A DNA stretch of 64,000 nucleotides from Vicugna vicugna. Taxonomy: Eukaryota. The stretch spans positions 744,001 through 808,000 of the forward strand of contig MU057801.1 in assembly GCA_013265495.1 (NCBI GenBank), in the 5' to 3' direction. A program made the translations under genes and the position numbers. The notes under the pieces were generated by a model. That model made no database searches and was not told where the DNA came from. It was given only the letters and a program-made list of their open reading frames with translations. Positions 25,645 to 38,213 of the stretch are shown here, piece by piece. The first letter of the stretch is position 1. Each line of letters starts with the position of its first letter.

Positions 25645-26132
25645 CTGGAATATATTAAAAAAAAATTAGTTACCATAACAACATGCAAATTTTAGGATAT
25701 TAAAAATTATGTTAAAAGGTGTCATGAAACATTAAAGCCTCAACATACATTTATTTAGTCAAAACTCCCGGGAGGGAGTGTGGAGCCCGGAGGAGAAGTG
25801 CAGGTGAGTGACCCACACCCCGCAGCCGCCCCCTCCGCCAGGTGGTTAAACGCAGCGGCCCTGCCCCCGCACCGCCCTCCCAGGCTTTCTCAGTTTCAAT
25901 CAACCCATGGTAGGTAATTTTATTTATTTCTCAGTTAGTCACTTAGGAGCTCAAATTGTGATAGGACACACCGCTAAAACAGAGTGCCAGCTCTGTGACA
26001 CTGAGAGGCTGTGCAAAGTCCCTCATCTCCAGGCAAACGGCCCCCTGACAGTGATGACAGTCAACACGCCGATGCCTCCTGCAGCAGCTCCCTGGGCGCC
26101 GCACACTACGTGCTCGCACACATCATCTGACT

Positions 26133-26309
26133 CAGGGTTGGCGAACTTCTATTAACATTTCAGGCTTCGCGGCCTGTCCTGCCACCACTCAATTCTGCCA
26201 TTATATCGCAAAGGCAGCCACAGAGCACACGTAACTAAGTGGGTGTGGCTGCAGCCAAGTCACCTTTATTTATAAAAGCAGGCAGGGAGCTGGAAGTTGC
26301 TGACCCCAG
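26133..26309. mobile_element. MER58A-like hAT-Charlie MITE
   Basis: Termini cagggttggcgaact...agttgctgacccc; internal actcaattctgccatt and gggtgtggctg...ctttatttataaaa. Confidence 0.75.
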
Positions 26310-26339
26310 GTCTAACAGAATCCCCACGGCCCTGTGAAG

Positions 26340-27060
26340 CAGGTGTCACTCATTCACTGAGCAGATCCCAAAGACAGTCACTCTGTCAGGGGTTATTCCA
26401 GGACCTGAAGATGCCCGAGCCCAGGTCCTGCCCTGAGGAAGCCTGCGTCCTGCAGGAGGAAGCACTCAAGGAAGAAGGGAGAGAAGCAAGAGGCAGGTGG
26501 GGAAGGCCGGAAAGGGTGGCGTGTGGCTCTGATCGGGAAGTCAGAGGGCATCTTGCCGAGGAGGGGGCATCTGAGCAAGGATCTTAAGGAGGTAAGGAAG
26601 CAAGCTCGAGGAAATGGGGGTGTGGAAATGCGGGGGAAATGGGATCCAGGCAGAGGGGCTGAGTAGGTCTGGATGGACAGAAGACAGTGAGGAGGCCCTG
26701 GTGTCTGGAGCGCAGGGGAGGTCAGAGAGCGGGCGGGGTCAGACGGGGCAGGCAGGTGGGATGTGAGGCCACTGCAGCGACCTCAGGAACGGGAAGGCGC
26801 TGGAGGGTTTGGAGATCTGGGCCTCACGACCCGGGTGCTCACACTTGAAGTATCCCTCCATCTGCTCTTCAGGGATTTGGGTGGGGTGGGGGTCGGGCGG
26901 GGAGGGTGCAGCGTGGAAGGGGAGATGGCATCTGAGGTGGAAGCGATGTCCAGGTGAGGCCCATGAGCGCCTCAGCATTCCTGGCACCGGCCGCAAGCAG
27001 AGGCCGATGATTCTGGGTGGATTCTGAAGGTAGACCTGGGTTTTGGCCGGAACTGCTGGA
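26340..27060 (-). mobile_element. Decayed L2 fragment
   Basis: gaagtcagagggcatcttgccgaggagggggcatctgagcaaggatcttaagg...ccaggcagaggg pattern; boundaries approximate. Confidence 0.55.
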
Positions 27061-28533
27061 AGGCCGGACTGACTGTGGAGGACTGCATTTGCTCAGGAAG
27101 CGCCTTCCTTCGTTCTCTGGTTGTGGTACACTTTGAACACTCTTTTCAGCGACAACATCCTAGACGGCCCGCTGTTCCTCAACTGCCCGCATCACCACGC
27201 ACTGCTGACCTTTCACTCCCCAACTTCCGCTCTTACCTGGGCTTCTGGACAAAACAGTTTTCTGGCAGCATTCCCAGCTACTCCTTTATCTTCCTCTTTG
27301 CCCCATAAAGGAAGGAATTACCCCAAATCTCCAACCGTCACTCTCTGACTCCATGCCTACTTTCTCCCTTGGCAATGGCATCACAGCCCCTCTCTTCTCC
27401 CAAGCCCCAGTCCCTCCATTTTCCTGCCCACCCGCACCTGGCTGTCCCCGGGCCCTCAGGCCCACAATGCCCAAAGCCACACTCATGCTCCGCTCCCCGC
27501 CACCTGGCTCCCCTCAGGGCTCCGGCTGCAGCAGCGGCAGCTTCGGAACCAGACTCAACATCTTGAAAGCATCTCTGACGGCTCCCTCTCATAGCCCTTT
27601 CCCACGTCCAAGCCCACCCATTGGGATGCAACACTCTTTGCCATTAACTGTCCCCTCCCTGGATCAGATGTCACCAGACCGCACCTGGATGACAACATTA
27701 GCCTCCTCATTGGTCTTCCTGCCTCTGGTTCACTCACCGCCTGATAAGACACTGTAGCAAACATTTTCGGGAGCTCTAACCACCTAAAGAACAAAGTCCA
27801 AATGCTGTAGCCTGGAATATAAGGCTCCTTGTAGGTCTAGTGTAATCTGATTTCCTGCCATACTTTGTCCTGGAATCCCTGACAGAAGGAAACTGAGTCA
27901 GAGACAGGTGGAGTCACTTGTCCAAGGAGAAATAGCTGGAAGGCAGGGCTGGGGTCCAAACCCAGCTGGCTCCCCAGGCTACGCCATCCTGCCACCTAAA
28001 CACAGAGCAGAACGTGCAGTGTGTATTTATTGGCTTGGTTTTCAAAGAACATTTTATACACGTATGTAGGGGCGCAACCACCAACACATATAAACACAAT
28101 ATATTAATAACAGGCAGGAAACCTGATAGCGGTGGCCTGTGCAGAGCAGGCTGGGGTGTCCGGGCAAAGAGACGTGTCAGTCTGCATTCCAGACTCTCGG
28201 GTGGAATCTGAATTTTTTTAAACCGTGTGCATATGTTACTTTTCTTTCTTTCTGAGTAAATGATGTCTCTGGAACTCACGCTTCTGTGGGTTTCCTCTCC
28301 TCCCGTTTTCCCCTTAGCTGTGTGTTGTTTGATTAACGCCTGTTCAACAGAGAGCTCACGGGAAGGACGCCAACCCCGGGGGGCGCGCAGCTTTGCTAAG
28401 TGTCTGGCAGGAAAGGAAGCTTAAAAGCATGTCGCTCGTGGCTTGTGGCACATACAACCTCTGAAAACCTCCTGAAAGTTTAAAAAAAAAAAAACTGGTA
28501 TACCCCAAAAAATTGTGTTGTAGAAATTCTTAC

Positions 28534-28644
28534 CTTTTAATTTCAAACTATTTTCCAGTGTTATAAAATTTTCATAGAAGATGAAATAGATCTGAGAATA
28601 GTTGGTCTCAAAAAACTGCTTGAGATCACTTGCCTCCACGTTGT
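28534..28644 (-). CDS. RALGAPA2: RALGAPA2 coding exon 2 (111 nt, phase 1-1)
   Basis: Acceptor tttttcttttcag|, donor |gtaaga. Reads (D)[36 protein letters not shown], in frame with exon 1. Confidence 0.96.
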
Positions 28645-30689
28645 CTGAAAAGAAAAAGTTCCCATTGGTGACAATAACCTCACACGATCTACAGACTTCG
28701 CAGACTTTTCAGAAATGAACACGTGTCAAAACAAGCCGTACCCCCTTATAAGAGCAGGAAAACAAAGCAAAGAGGATCCCCATCTACTCCTTCTCCACCG
28801 AAGGAGAGCTCCGAAGTGGCCTGGGCACCCCTCCCCAGCCCGGACCTCAGGGTCAGAGCCGGGGGGTGGGGGGCAGGGGGGGCACAGCACTTACAGACCA
28901 GCTAGAGGACCAGGGGTCCCGGGAGGGGCGAGATGACTTCCTGGGAGGGACAGGGAAGCAGAAGTTCTTGGAAGAGGGGACTTCCGACCTGGACCAGAAA
29001 GAGGGATAGGCCTGCACATCTGGGAGACAACTCCGCCAGTGGAGTCCTACGTGGCCGACTGCTGCCCCCCCCACTGATGTGAAACAGCCCGAGAGAAGAA
29101 CAGGTGCTCCCCAGTTGCCCACACACTTCCACCTGGGCCACTGGCCGCTGCCTTCCCTCCAGCTTCCCCGGGACCCGTCCCACTGCAGCTCAGACACGGT
29201 GGGACCCGCCAAGTGCTCCCAGAGTCGTCCTGAGCTGGGTTCCTCCCTGCTGGGCCAGTTTTGCTCAGCCAGGACTGCGGGGAGACAGGCGGGCTGCAGG
29301 GAACTTGTCCCACGAACAGCTCCCGCCGGGATGATCAACAACCCAGTCCTGGTCCCTCGCACCTCTAGCCGGAGTGGTCGCCCGCTGTCAGCACACCTTC
29401 GTGCATCTCCCTCTGCGAACAAGGGTGCGGTGCCTTCACAGCCGCATCCCAACCAAGGCGTCAGCTCTTTGGAAGAATACACTTTAGGAAACTCTAGAAA
29501 AATAACCTCAGGAAAACTAAAAACAGCTTCCTTAAAATTCTATGAGATTACTCAAGGAAAAAAAAATAATGTGTTGCTATTCAATCTATAACAGAGTCGT
29601 ATCCAATTTGGGGTCCTGATACTGTGAATGTACATGAACACACCCACTGCTGTGTTTAAATTCTATAAAGTTAACACTAACGCTGGTGAAATGAGAGAGC
29701 TGTTTTCCTCTGATAACAACACAGCGCCTTTCATGCAAAAAACTGTGCCCTGGTTCTTTGAAATAACGCACACAAGGTGTAACCGAGGTCACATGCACCG
29801 CCAATTTCACATTCTATTTCTTGCCCCAAAATAACACTGAGCACAGAGCAATGGAAGTTCCTAATAACTAACAAATCTCCCTGCGTGCAAGCAAGTAACC
29901 ATGAAACCAGTATCATCAACCCCCATGAACATTACCATTACACGGAATCCCTGAGTGCCTCCACCAGCTCCAAGAAAGAGTTTTGTTCATTTTCACTCCA
30001 ATACCTCCTGCCGGCCCTTCCACCACCCCGTTCCCTCTGAAGTACGCTTCCCCAGACGGCTCTGCTCCGGGGGCGGCTGAAACCCCCTCGGTCCACCCCA
30101 GACCAGGTCAGTGCCCCTGCTATGTCCCCACTGCCCTCTTTGTCCCTGTCACAGAAGGTGTCACGTTGGCCTCAATTCCTGGTGGAACTCCTGACGTAAT
30201 TCTGATGGAGAGATCTGTCTTCTCTGCTGGAGATACTCCCTGCCCTCAAAGAGCCCCCAGTCTGTCTGCTGCGTGGAACACAGCATTTAGTTCAATATTT
30301 TCTTTCTCTTTCTTTTTTAAAAAACTAGTTTTCATAACATTTATTAACGATGTAATATTTGCTTAAATATCCTGCTGTTCGATACTAAAGCTGGCTTTGG
30401 GTCTGAGATTTTTTTTAATCTACATATCGTAAATAACGTATTGATGATATTCACCTTGAATATATATTTTTCCACATTTTGGACGTTTAAAAGCATGTAT
30501 TTCTAGAGGCAGAACCACTGGGTGAAGTGATATTGATGTTTTCAGCATTTAGTACATACCGCTAATTAGCTCAAAATTTCCTTGAACAAACTAAATAAAA
30601 GAAACAGCCTTACACACCATCATAGGATAGGGACGCGACTGCAAACCGTCAGATCCCATGATGACAGGACAGTGGCCCAACCCTCCCCC

Positions 30690-31520
30690 AGGTCCTTGGA
30701 GTTATGGAGACAGAGATTTCCTGTCTCTGCTGAGGACTCCCGGCTTCTCTGTGCCCAAGCTCCCCCACCCTCGAGCTGGGCTCTCACAGCCCGCTGCCTG
30801 CATGTCTCCACGGGAGAGTCTGAAAGGCTTCTCAAATTAAATGCCTCCAAGAGAAGCACTGTTCTCCCCTCAAATTCTGTTCCACCCACAGACGCCACCA
30901 CCCACCCAGCTGCTCAGGAAACCTAGTCACCATCCTGGGTCCTTCTGGCTCCTTCGCAGCCCATCTCTGGGATGTCAGCTCCTCTCCCCACGTGCTCCAG
31001 GCCTGGGCCGCACTCACTGGCCGCAGCCCCGCCAGGCACACGTCCCACCCATCCTCGCCCGGCTACAGCGTGCCTGAGCTCCATGCTTCCCTGACCCTCC
31101 TGTCCCTTCTCCACACTGCAGTCACCAGGGAGATCAAATCCTGTGACTCAAACCAGACCCTTCTTTGACTCAAAACCGCCCAACGGCCTCCAGTAGCGCT
31201 TAAAATAAAACCCAGCTCTTCAGCCGGCCTGCAGGGCCCTGCACGCTTCCCTCCGCTGGAGGCCAGCTCCCTCGCACGCCGCTCTCCCCCACGCTGCACT
31301 CTGCAGCTTCTTTCCATGCCCAGACTTCCCACACGTCTTCCCCACGCCCAGGTCTCCATCCAGCTCCTTCCTTCTCATCCTTCAGACCCAGGGCCACACA
31401 CGACCTCCTCAGGGAAGTCTCAGCGTGTCTTGGTGTCACTGCATGTTTCCTCACGGGGTCTGTGGGGGGGACAGCCAGCGGCTCACCAGTGGCCAGGGCT
31501 CAACACGGGCCACAGCAAGC
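30690..31520 (+). mobile_element. Decayed L2 fragment
   Basis: ctcaaattaaatgcctcc...ctcaaaaccgcccaacggcctcc...taaaataaaacccagctc pattern. Confidence 0.55.
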
Positions 31521-34500
31521 AGGCGATTTCCCTGGGCTGGAGGATGTGGGTGCCCAGATGCAGCAAGACAGCTCAGAAAGGTTGCGGGATCAACAAGTCC
31601 GTCCTCCCCGGCGCCTCAGAGACACTCAAGGATCAGCAGCCTGAGGAAAGAGGGCCCTTGTGGGGGCAGAGGGGCCTCACAGAGAGAGAAATGCCCCCGC
31701 CAAGCCGGAAGTCCAGGGAGCGGCCACCTTCCCCGCCAGCTATCTTCCCTGTGGGTGGGGGGTGCAGCTAAAAGTTCCCCCTAACAAGACACGCAGACGC
31801 CCTCAAGGGAGCCCAATGCACAGTAACACGGAGAGCATCGCCCTCGGTCTGCTTCCCGTGAGGACCCCTCACTGGTCTGGGAGTCCTGCTCGCGCGACTC
31901 CTCCCACAGCTTGAAGGTCAGGTGAGGCCACCTGCTTCCCGCGTCGACTCCTCCACTGATGGGCGCCCCATGAGCCCGGGAGCCACGCGGGCGGGAGTCT
32001 TCCCTGCTCGGTCCCCGCTGTGCTCCCAGCCCAGCAACAGAGCCCAGAACCCAGAAGGTTCTCAACACATTTGTTAAATGAATAAATGAAAAATAGGTAT
32101 CAAGTATGTCATATCTCTAATTCAGACTCTAGAATGATTCCTTGTCCTGTCTTATTTTTGAAAAGCAAGACTCATCTGATGAATATTTGCAAAGCACAGA
32201 TCTTGGAGAAGGCAGCCAGTTAGCGCCCCGCAGACGGGGACACAGGAAGGTACCACAGGTCTGCCTTCTGACAAGGTGAACTTCAAGAAGCATGGAGCTG
32301 GAGTAGGAATACCTCTCAGAAAGAGAGAAAAGCCCGTGATCACAAACCTCCTTTAGAAAGACGTTCTTCACCTGTTCATTCAAACATGACTGAGCTCCTC
32401 TCCATGCAAACAAGCCCTGCACCGAATGCTGGGAAACAGAGAATACGGTGCAGGGCCCTCAAGGACCCAGCTACACACTCAAGTGTCGGGAGAGGCACCG
32501 TGGCTGGAGCTCGGCAGGACGTCAAAGCAGGGAGTGGACGGGGCCACTTGGGGAGGGTGGGAATATTCATAACATGATCCATCTATGCTTTAAAAGATAC
32601 TTTCGTGAATGTATTTTGTCTGACCCTCCCCACAGCCCTGTGAGGGAGATGGATGGGGCAGGTTTCAAGACAAAGTAAACCTCGGGTTCGGGATCACAGG
32701 TGACGTGCCCGAGGTAGCACAGCCAGTCAGGGACGTGGGCAGAACTCCTGGCTGGGGTCTTCCAGCACAAACCTGAGCTTCCTGAGCAAGGCCTCAGAGA
32801 TAGGTGGGAACGAATCAGAGCCAGGAACCAGGCTGGGGATACACACCTTGTGGGTGTGCAGGAGAGCCGGGTGGAGCCAGGCAGGAGGGTGAGCAGACAG
32901 GGAAGAAACAAAAGGGAAGTCAGCAGCAGTGAGGATGCCCGTTTTCCTGGGAAAACGCTTGCCGTTACGTCCCACGGCCTTGTGGAGCCAGCAGGCAAGA
33001 AGAAAAGACCCGAAACACGGAGCTCAGGGCATACACTGCCTTCGAGGTGGTGACCTGCAGTGTGCACAGGCCTTCGCACGCTGCCCTGCTATCATCACAA
33101 AACTCGGGGATGTGCTCGCAAACTCACCACAAGCAGCAACAAGCAGGTAGCTTTACAAAGCTGAGGTGCCTCTAGAACTTTGAAGAAATCCCCTTTGATG
33201 TCTCATTCTTTTACCACCAACCAACAGCCAGGAAACTGTTTCTATTCTTCTCCCTACTAGAGCTTGAAAATACTCCTCTACACTCCACACTGGAAGCTAC
33301 CCTCTCCTGGCCCTTTGTCCAGCTAAACCTCCTGTTGACAATTACTCCTCCCCATCTGGTGTGGGAGGCACTAGCTAAGCTAGGGGGAAAAACCTTTGGA
33401 GCAGACTGTCTGGGTTCAAGTCCAGAAGCTACAGCACCTGGACAAGACTTTGAAACACTCTGCATCTGAGAAATGGGGCAAACACAGTTCCTGTGCCAAC
33501 AAAAAGAACGTTTGCAAAGTGCTTCTAAGAGGGCAGTCAGCATTACATGAAGGTTCGTGTTCTACAATCACCCAGCTCCTGGCAAAGGCCCCTCTCTAGG
33601 TGGGAAAAGCAACCCGCCTGCCTGTGAAGCCGTAACTCTCAGTGACTCATGAAACGCACCCACTTACGGAGACCGCGCAGGGAGGGCCAGCACTCAACCC
33701 CAGCACCGCAGGAGGCGCCCAAAGCCAGAGGACTGTCCCTCCACTTCCCTCCACGTAGAATCCTTTTCAATGACAATTCGACTCCTTTTTAGTTGGGAGC
33801 ATCATAAGACAGCCTCACAAAAACCCACTTCAGCAGCCCCTGAAACCACCAAAGCAAGAGTAAATATCCTTCTCGGGCTCGGGGCCCCAGTGGCCACCGT
33901 CAAGGGGAAGAGGGGCTCGGTTCAGCTGCCCCCTGGAGGGAGTGACCCCAGTCCTCCTGCCCCTCCCTGCCCCAGAGCTGCCCCCAGCCCTGCCTGCACA
34001 TCTGCGTGTTGGTGAAGACAGTGTCGTTTGCTGTTTTACTCAAATTCCCTACATGACGGCACTGAAAGCACGGTGCTCAAGATCACAAGCTGGAAAAGGG
34101 GAGGTGAAGCTGACAACGTCCTAGAACATAATCTAGAAGCAGGGAGAACAGGGAAAATATAGCAGTCAGGCGCCACACAGACAGCACTGACAAGGGTGCA
34201 GGGCAGCGGTCACATGCGGACGCAGCTACTTAAAGCCTCATACGATGCTGGTGATTTCGCCTTCTCACGGCTGCCTGGGTCCCTGCCCTCTGTCCGCTTG
34301 TGTTACGTAGTTAGTAAAAATGCCACAAACCATCCCTGCCCTCCAACCACACCTTCAGAAAACGCCCACCCAGGCTGATGCGGGGCCCATCTCCCGACTT
34401 GCTGTGGACGGCCAGGCATTAGAAACACGGCCCAGCAGCAGCTGGAGAGCCTTTGGTCCAGAGGAAGCGGGGAAACTCAGGGAGCAGAGCTGGACCCAAA

Positions 34501-36155
34501 GCCGGGGCCACCTGCAACCTGGGCAGAATCACGCCAGCCAGTGCGGACAGATGCGGGAATAAAGCAGGTGCTTGCTGCATCTGTTCTGGGGATGGCCTGG
34601 TTTGGGATGGGCTGTCATGCAACACTGTCGTGGAAATGCTGGTGGGGAAGAAAAACAAAACTCATCGCCAGCAAGTTTCACCGGCCATGACCAGTTACGA
34701 AGGCACCCAGAGCAGGCTTCTCTCCTTCGCCTGAACTCTACGAGGACCCGGAGCCTGGCACCAGCAGGGGCCTCGTGGACCCATCGACCTTCTCGGAGAG
34801 TCCAAACGAATTTGGGTGAGTCTCTCCCAGTTCTCAGATCTCCCGTTACTGGTAGATGATCATGAGTTTTATTTGGCAGTGTATACAGACACCCAGCTCC
34901 ACAGTTGGTTACTGGGGACTGACTGCCCCCTCAACTGGGAGATAGTTAGGGGGATCCGGGTGGAAAACACTGGATTTGCTCAGTAGAGGAAAATGAGCAG
35001 TCTGAGCTGAGAGGTTAGGGGGTGGCTGACCCGACGTCTTTAACAAAAACCAGGGACGTCAGAAAACCAACCTCCAGCTAACACTCCGGCCAGACACGTG
35101 TGCACGTGGAGCTCATACGCACAAGTACCTCCTGGAAATGAAAGGAAATCTCACCCTGAAAATGAGGGGGCTCTTTCACTGTGCACACGGTTAAGTTAGA
35201 AAAGCTGGCTTGGTAAACACATCTTTTCAGAATTCTGACCTTACAAACAAAAGCCCTCTTGGGGGAACTTCCTTTTCTCTTCCTGTGCCTTTAATCTTTG
35301 GGCGTTTTATCTGTATGTGTGTGTTTAAAAAACAAACCAACAAATAAACTTGGTCTCTGCCACCCAAAAGGTGCAAGTACGGTGTACACTTGGTGGCCAA
35401 GCAAACAGACTGGGCAGTCTTTTGTCTGATTGCACCCACTCTCAGGCTTCTTGCCGTCTTAACCTTCGCTGCACCAGCCTTTACTTTGGGGAATAAACTT
35501 CCTGCATCTCACTTACGTGGCATCCTCCCCACTCTCTTGTGGGGAAGCCTCTTGCATCTTATTGGTTTGAATCACTATTAATCTATATCTCATAATGGCC
35601 AGATGATGGATCTTTTAAATTGGAGAAAGTTCTAAATTGGTAAAAACTTTTAGAGTTCTCACTATAAACAGCTGTTTTATTGGCACCCACAAAAAAATCT
35701 AATTAAGAGGTAGGGGGAAAATATATCTTTATCTCTAATGGTTAACTTAAGAGCTCCCTTAGTTTAACAGAGACAGGAGAAATCAGCTGGGGAGCCTTGT
35801 GGTCTCTTCCCAGCAACAGGTGTTACAGGCGCTAACAAAACCATTAGAATAATTAATGCTAATTACGTCGATTAGCTGAAAAAAAATGTAGAGACTACAG
35901 ACTTTTTCCCAACAAGGTAGAAATTTTAAAGGGATTTATCCCAAATGGATAAAGAAATCTTTAGACGATTATTTTAAATGGGATACATAAAACAGACATT
36001 TATGGGATTAAGATACAAAGTTTTGATACTACACTCCCTAAGGATAAATGTGCCAAAGGGACCCCCTACTGGGAAGCCCAAACAAGTCCATTCTATTTAC
36101 CCAAGTTTAAGATACGTATATTTAAAGGGCTAGAAAAAAAACCACACTGAGATCT

Positions 36156-36801
36156 TGAGACAGGAGGGAAGGGGGCAGGGCACCGCCATTCAAGGAATGA
36201 CAGCAATTAACACCAAAATGGCGAAAAATTCAAGTCCCAGTTGGCCTTGAGGATTGAGGAGGTGGGAGATTTGACTTCTAGTAGAACTTGAGCTTTATTA
36301 TCTGATCACTGTAACATATTAGCATGATAAATTACATGCCCGCAAGTGCCATGACAGTCCCCAGGAACCCATAGGTGGGCAGTGGCACAGTTCCCGGGAA
36401 TCCCAGTCCCTTCCCCAGGGCAGTTAGAATAGTCCTCCCGCTTGTAGGCGGGGAGCTACCGGGCCCATAAAAATGCAACACCATGCCTCGTGGCCGCCCT
36501 GTCTGCTCCCTCCTCTGGAGATGGGCCCACACTCTGTCTCTGGAGTGTGCACCTACTTTTACTCTAACCTGAGCACCCAACCCCGCACCTCATGGCCTTT
36601 CTCTCGCCTCCTGAATCGGCCTACACTCTATGCAGTATGTATCTCTCTAAATAAATCTACCTTTACTCAATTGTGAGTCGCTCTTGAATTCTTTTCCTGC
36701 ATGAAGCCAAGGACCCACACCTGGCAGGGCCCGTCCCAGGGGCTCAGCAGAGACCTGGGACATGGCCCTCCTCTCACCCCACATCCATTTTCCCTGCATC
36801 A
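36156..36801 (+). mobile_element. Solo LTR, MER41-like (ERV1), inserted in the provirus
   Basis: TGAGACAGG...TGCATCA termini; TATA-like cataaaa at ~36466; AATAAA at ~36650; ttgaattcttttcctgcatgaagccaaggaccc U5 string. 4-bp TSD atct/gtct (one mismatch). Confidence 0.8.
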
Positions 36802-38213
36802 GTCTGACCAACAATTACTTGGGGCAACAGCTGGACCAATTAATCAAGTTTAAAGACTGACAAGGGCCTGAGTCAACCCCTCCCTGGGGATCACAGAACC
36901 TTTTATATAAAATTAGGTAAAATGGACAGGGGATAAAAAGAAAAGCTTCTAGGAGCCCTCCTGTAAGATCAGAACTTGCTGATTGAGTCCTAATGAAACC
37001 TAAAGGTACAAAAGTTGGCAGAATTGAGATACAAGTTTATAAAAGTTGGTATATTTAAATGGGCTTTATGTAAGATGGTTTCATCTCTTTTGCTTAATTA
37101 TATCATGGTATAAACATGTCTCACTGGGGAATGCTTCACCTGCTTGGTATTATAAGATGGGGCACATTAATCTGCCCCTCAGGAAATATTAACATACTTC
37201 AGAAAACCAGTAGGGCCACTGAGCCATACAACATAAAGCACAACTGGGAACCAATATTCAGGGCCTAATAAAAAAAATAACAGACTCACCGCTGGCCTAA
37301 CCTGTGCATTCAGAAAGAGGGCCTTTACTGAATGCCTTGTACAAGCCTTTAGAGACGTGATAAAGTTCTAGAACACAGAATTCTTCTTTAAAAAATTCTC
37401 ACTGATCCAGAAAACCAAAAACAAAAGAAAAACGAGTTGGACACATCAATCTTTTAATACCCTTTGGGTGACAGACCAGTTCTGTGGGGAATTAAAAGCA
37501 ACTGCCTCTGTCTTACGAATCTGTACGAACCAGAAATGCAGGCACAGCAAAAAGTGACCTGAGCCCGAGCCTAATCAGCCCAGTCAGGTGGACCCTGAAG
37601 CCATGGGGAAAAATGGGGGGGGGGTATTTAAAAACTCATCTCAACTGTTATTTATAAACTAGCCAGTTTATGCTGTAATCCCTAACTCGTAGCTGAGGGC
37701 GAAGCACAGCTGTGAGGTCTCCAGGTTAGTCTGTTTTGTCCAGTCTTGCCTGTGCACACATTACACACGGGAGGTGTCTCTACCTCTAGGAAATATGATC
37801 AAAATTAAATTCATAAAACAGCTCTATTTAACTGACTTAAAAGTAAGTGCTTAAAATTAGTACTTCTAAATATGAAAAAAAAAAAAAACCCACAAAAAAA
37901 CGGCCAAAATGACTTTCAGGTTCATGTGAACTGGCAAATATTCAATATTAAGTTGATATCTGGAATTAAGGTTAAAGTTTGTTGATCTAATCAATACAGA
38001 TGTCTTTAGAGTAATCAACCTTAAAGATAATATTTTTATTGTTTCCAGGTTTAATAGAAGTCAGACGAGGTCTTATTATATCTGTTGCAAATTTGTCAGT
38101 AAGAAAAGTAACTTGGTGTGATAAAATTCTTACAAATACATTAAATGCAAATGAGATAAGAGCTCTTGGGTGAACTCTTAAGAAATAATTATGTTTTAAG
38201 AATGCCTACTTGA

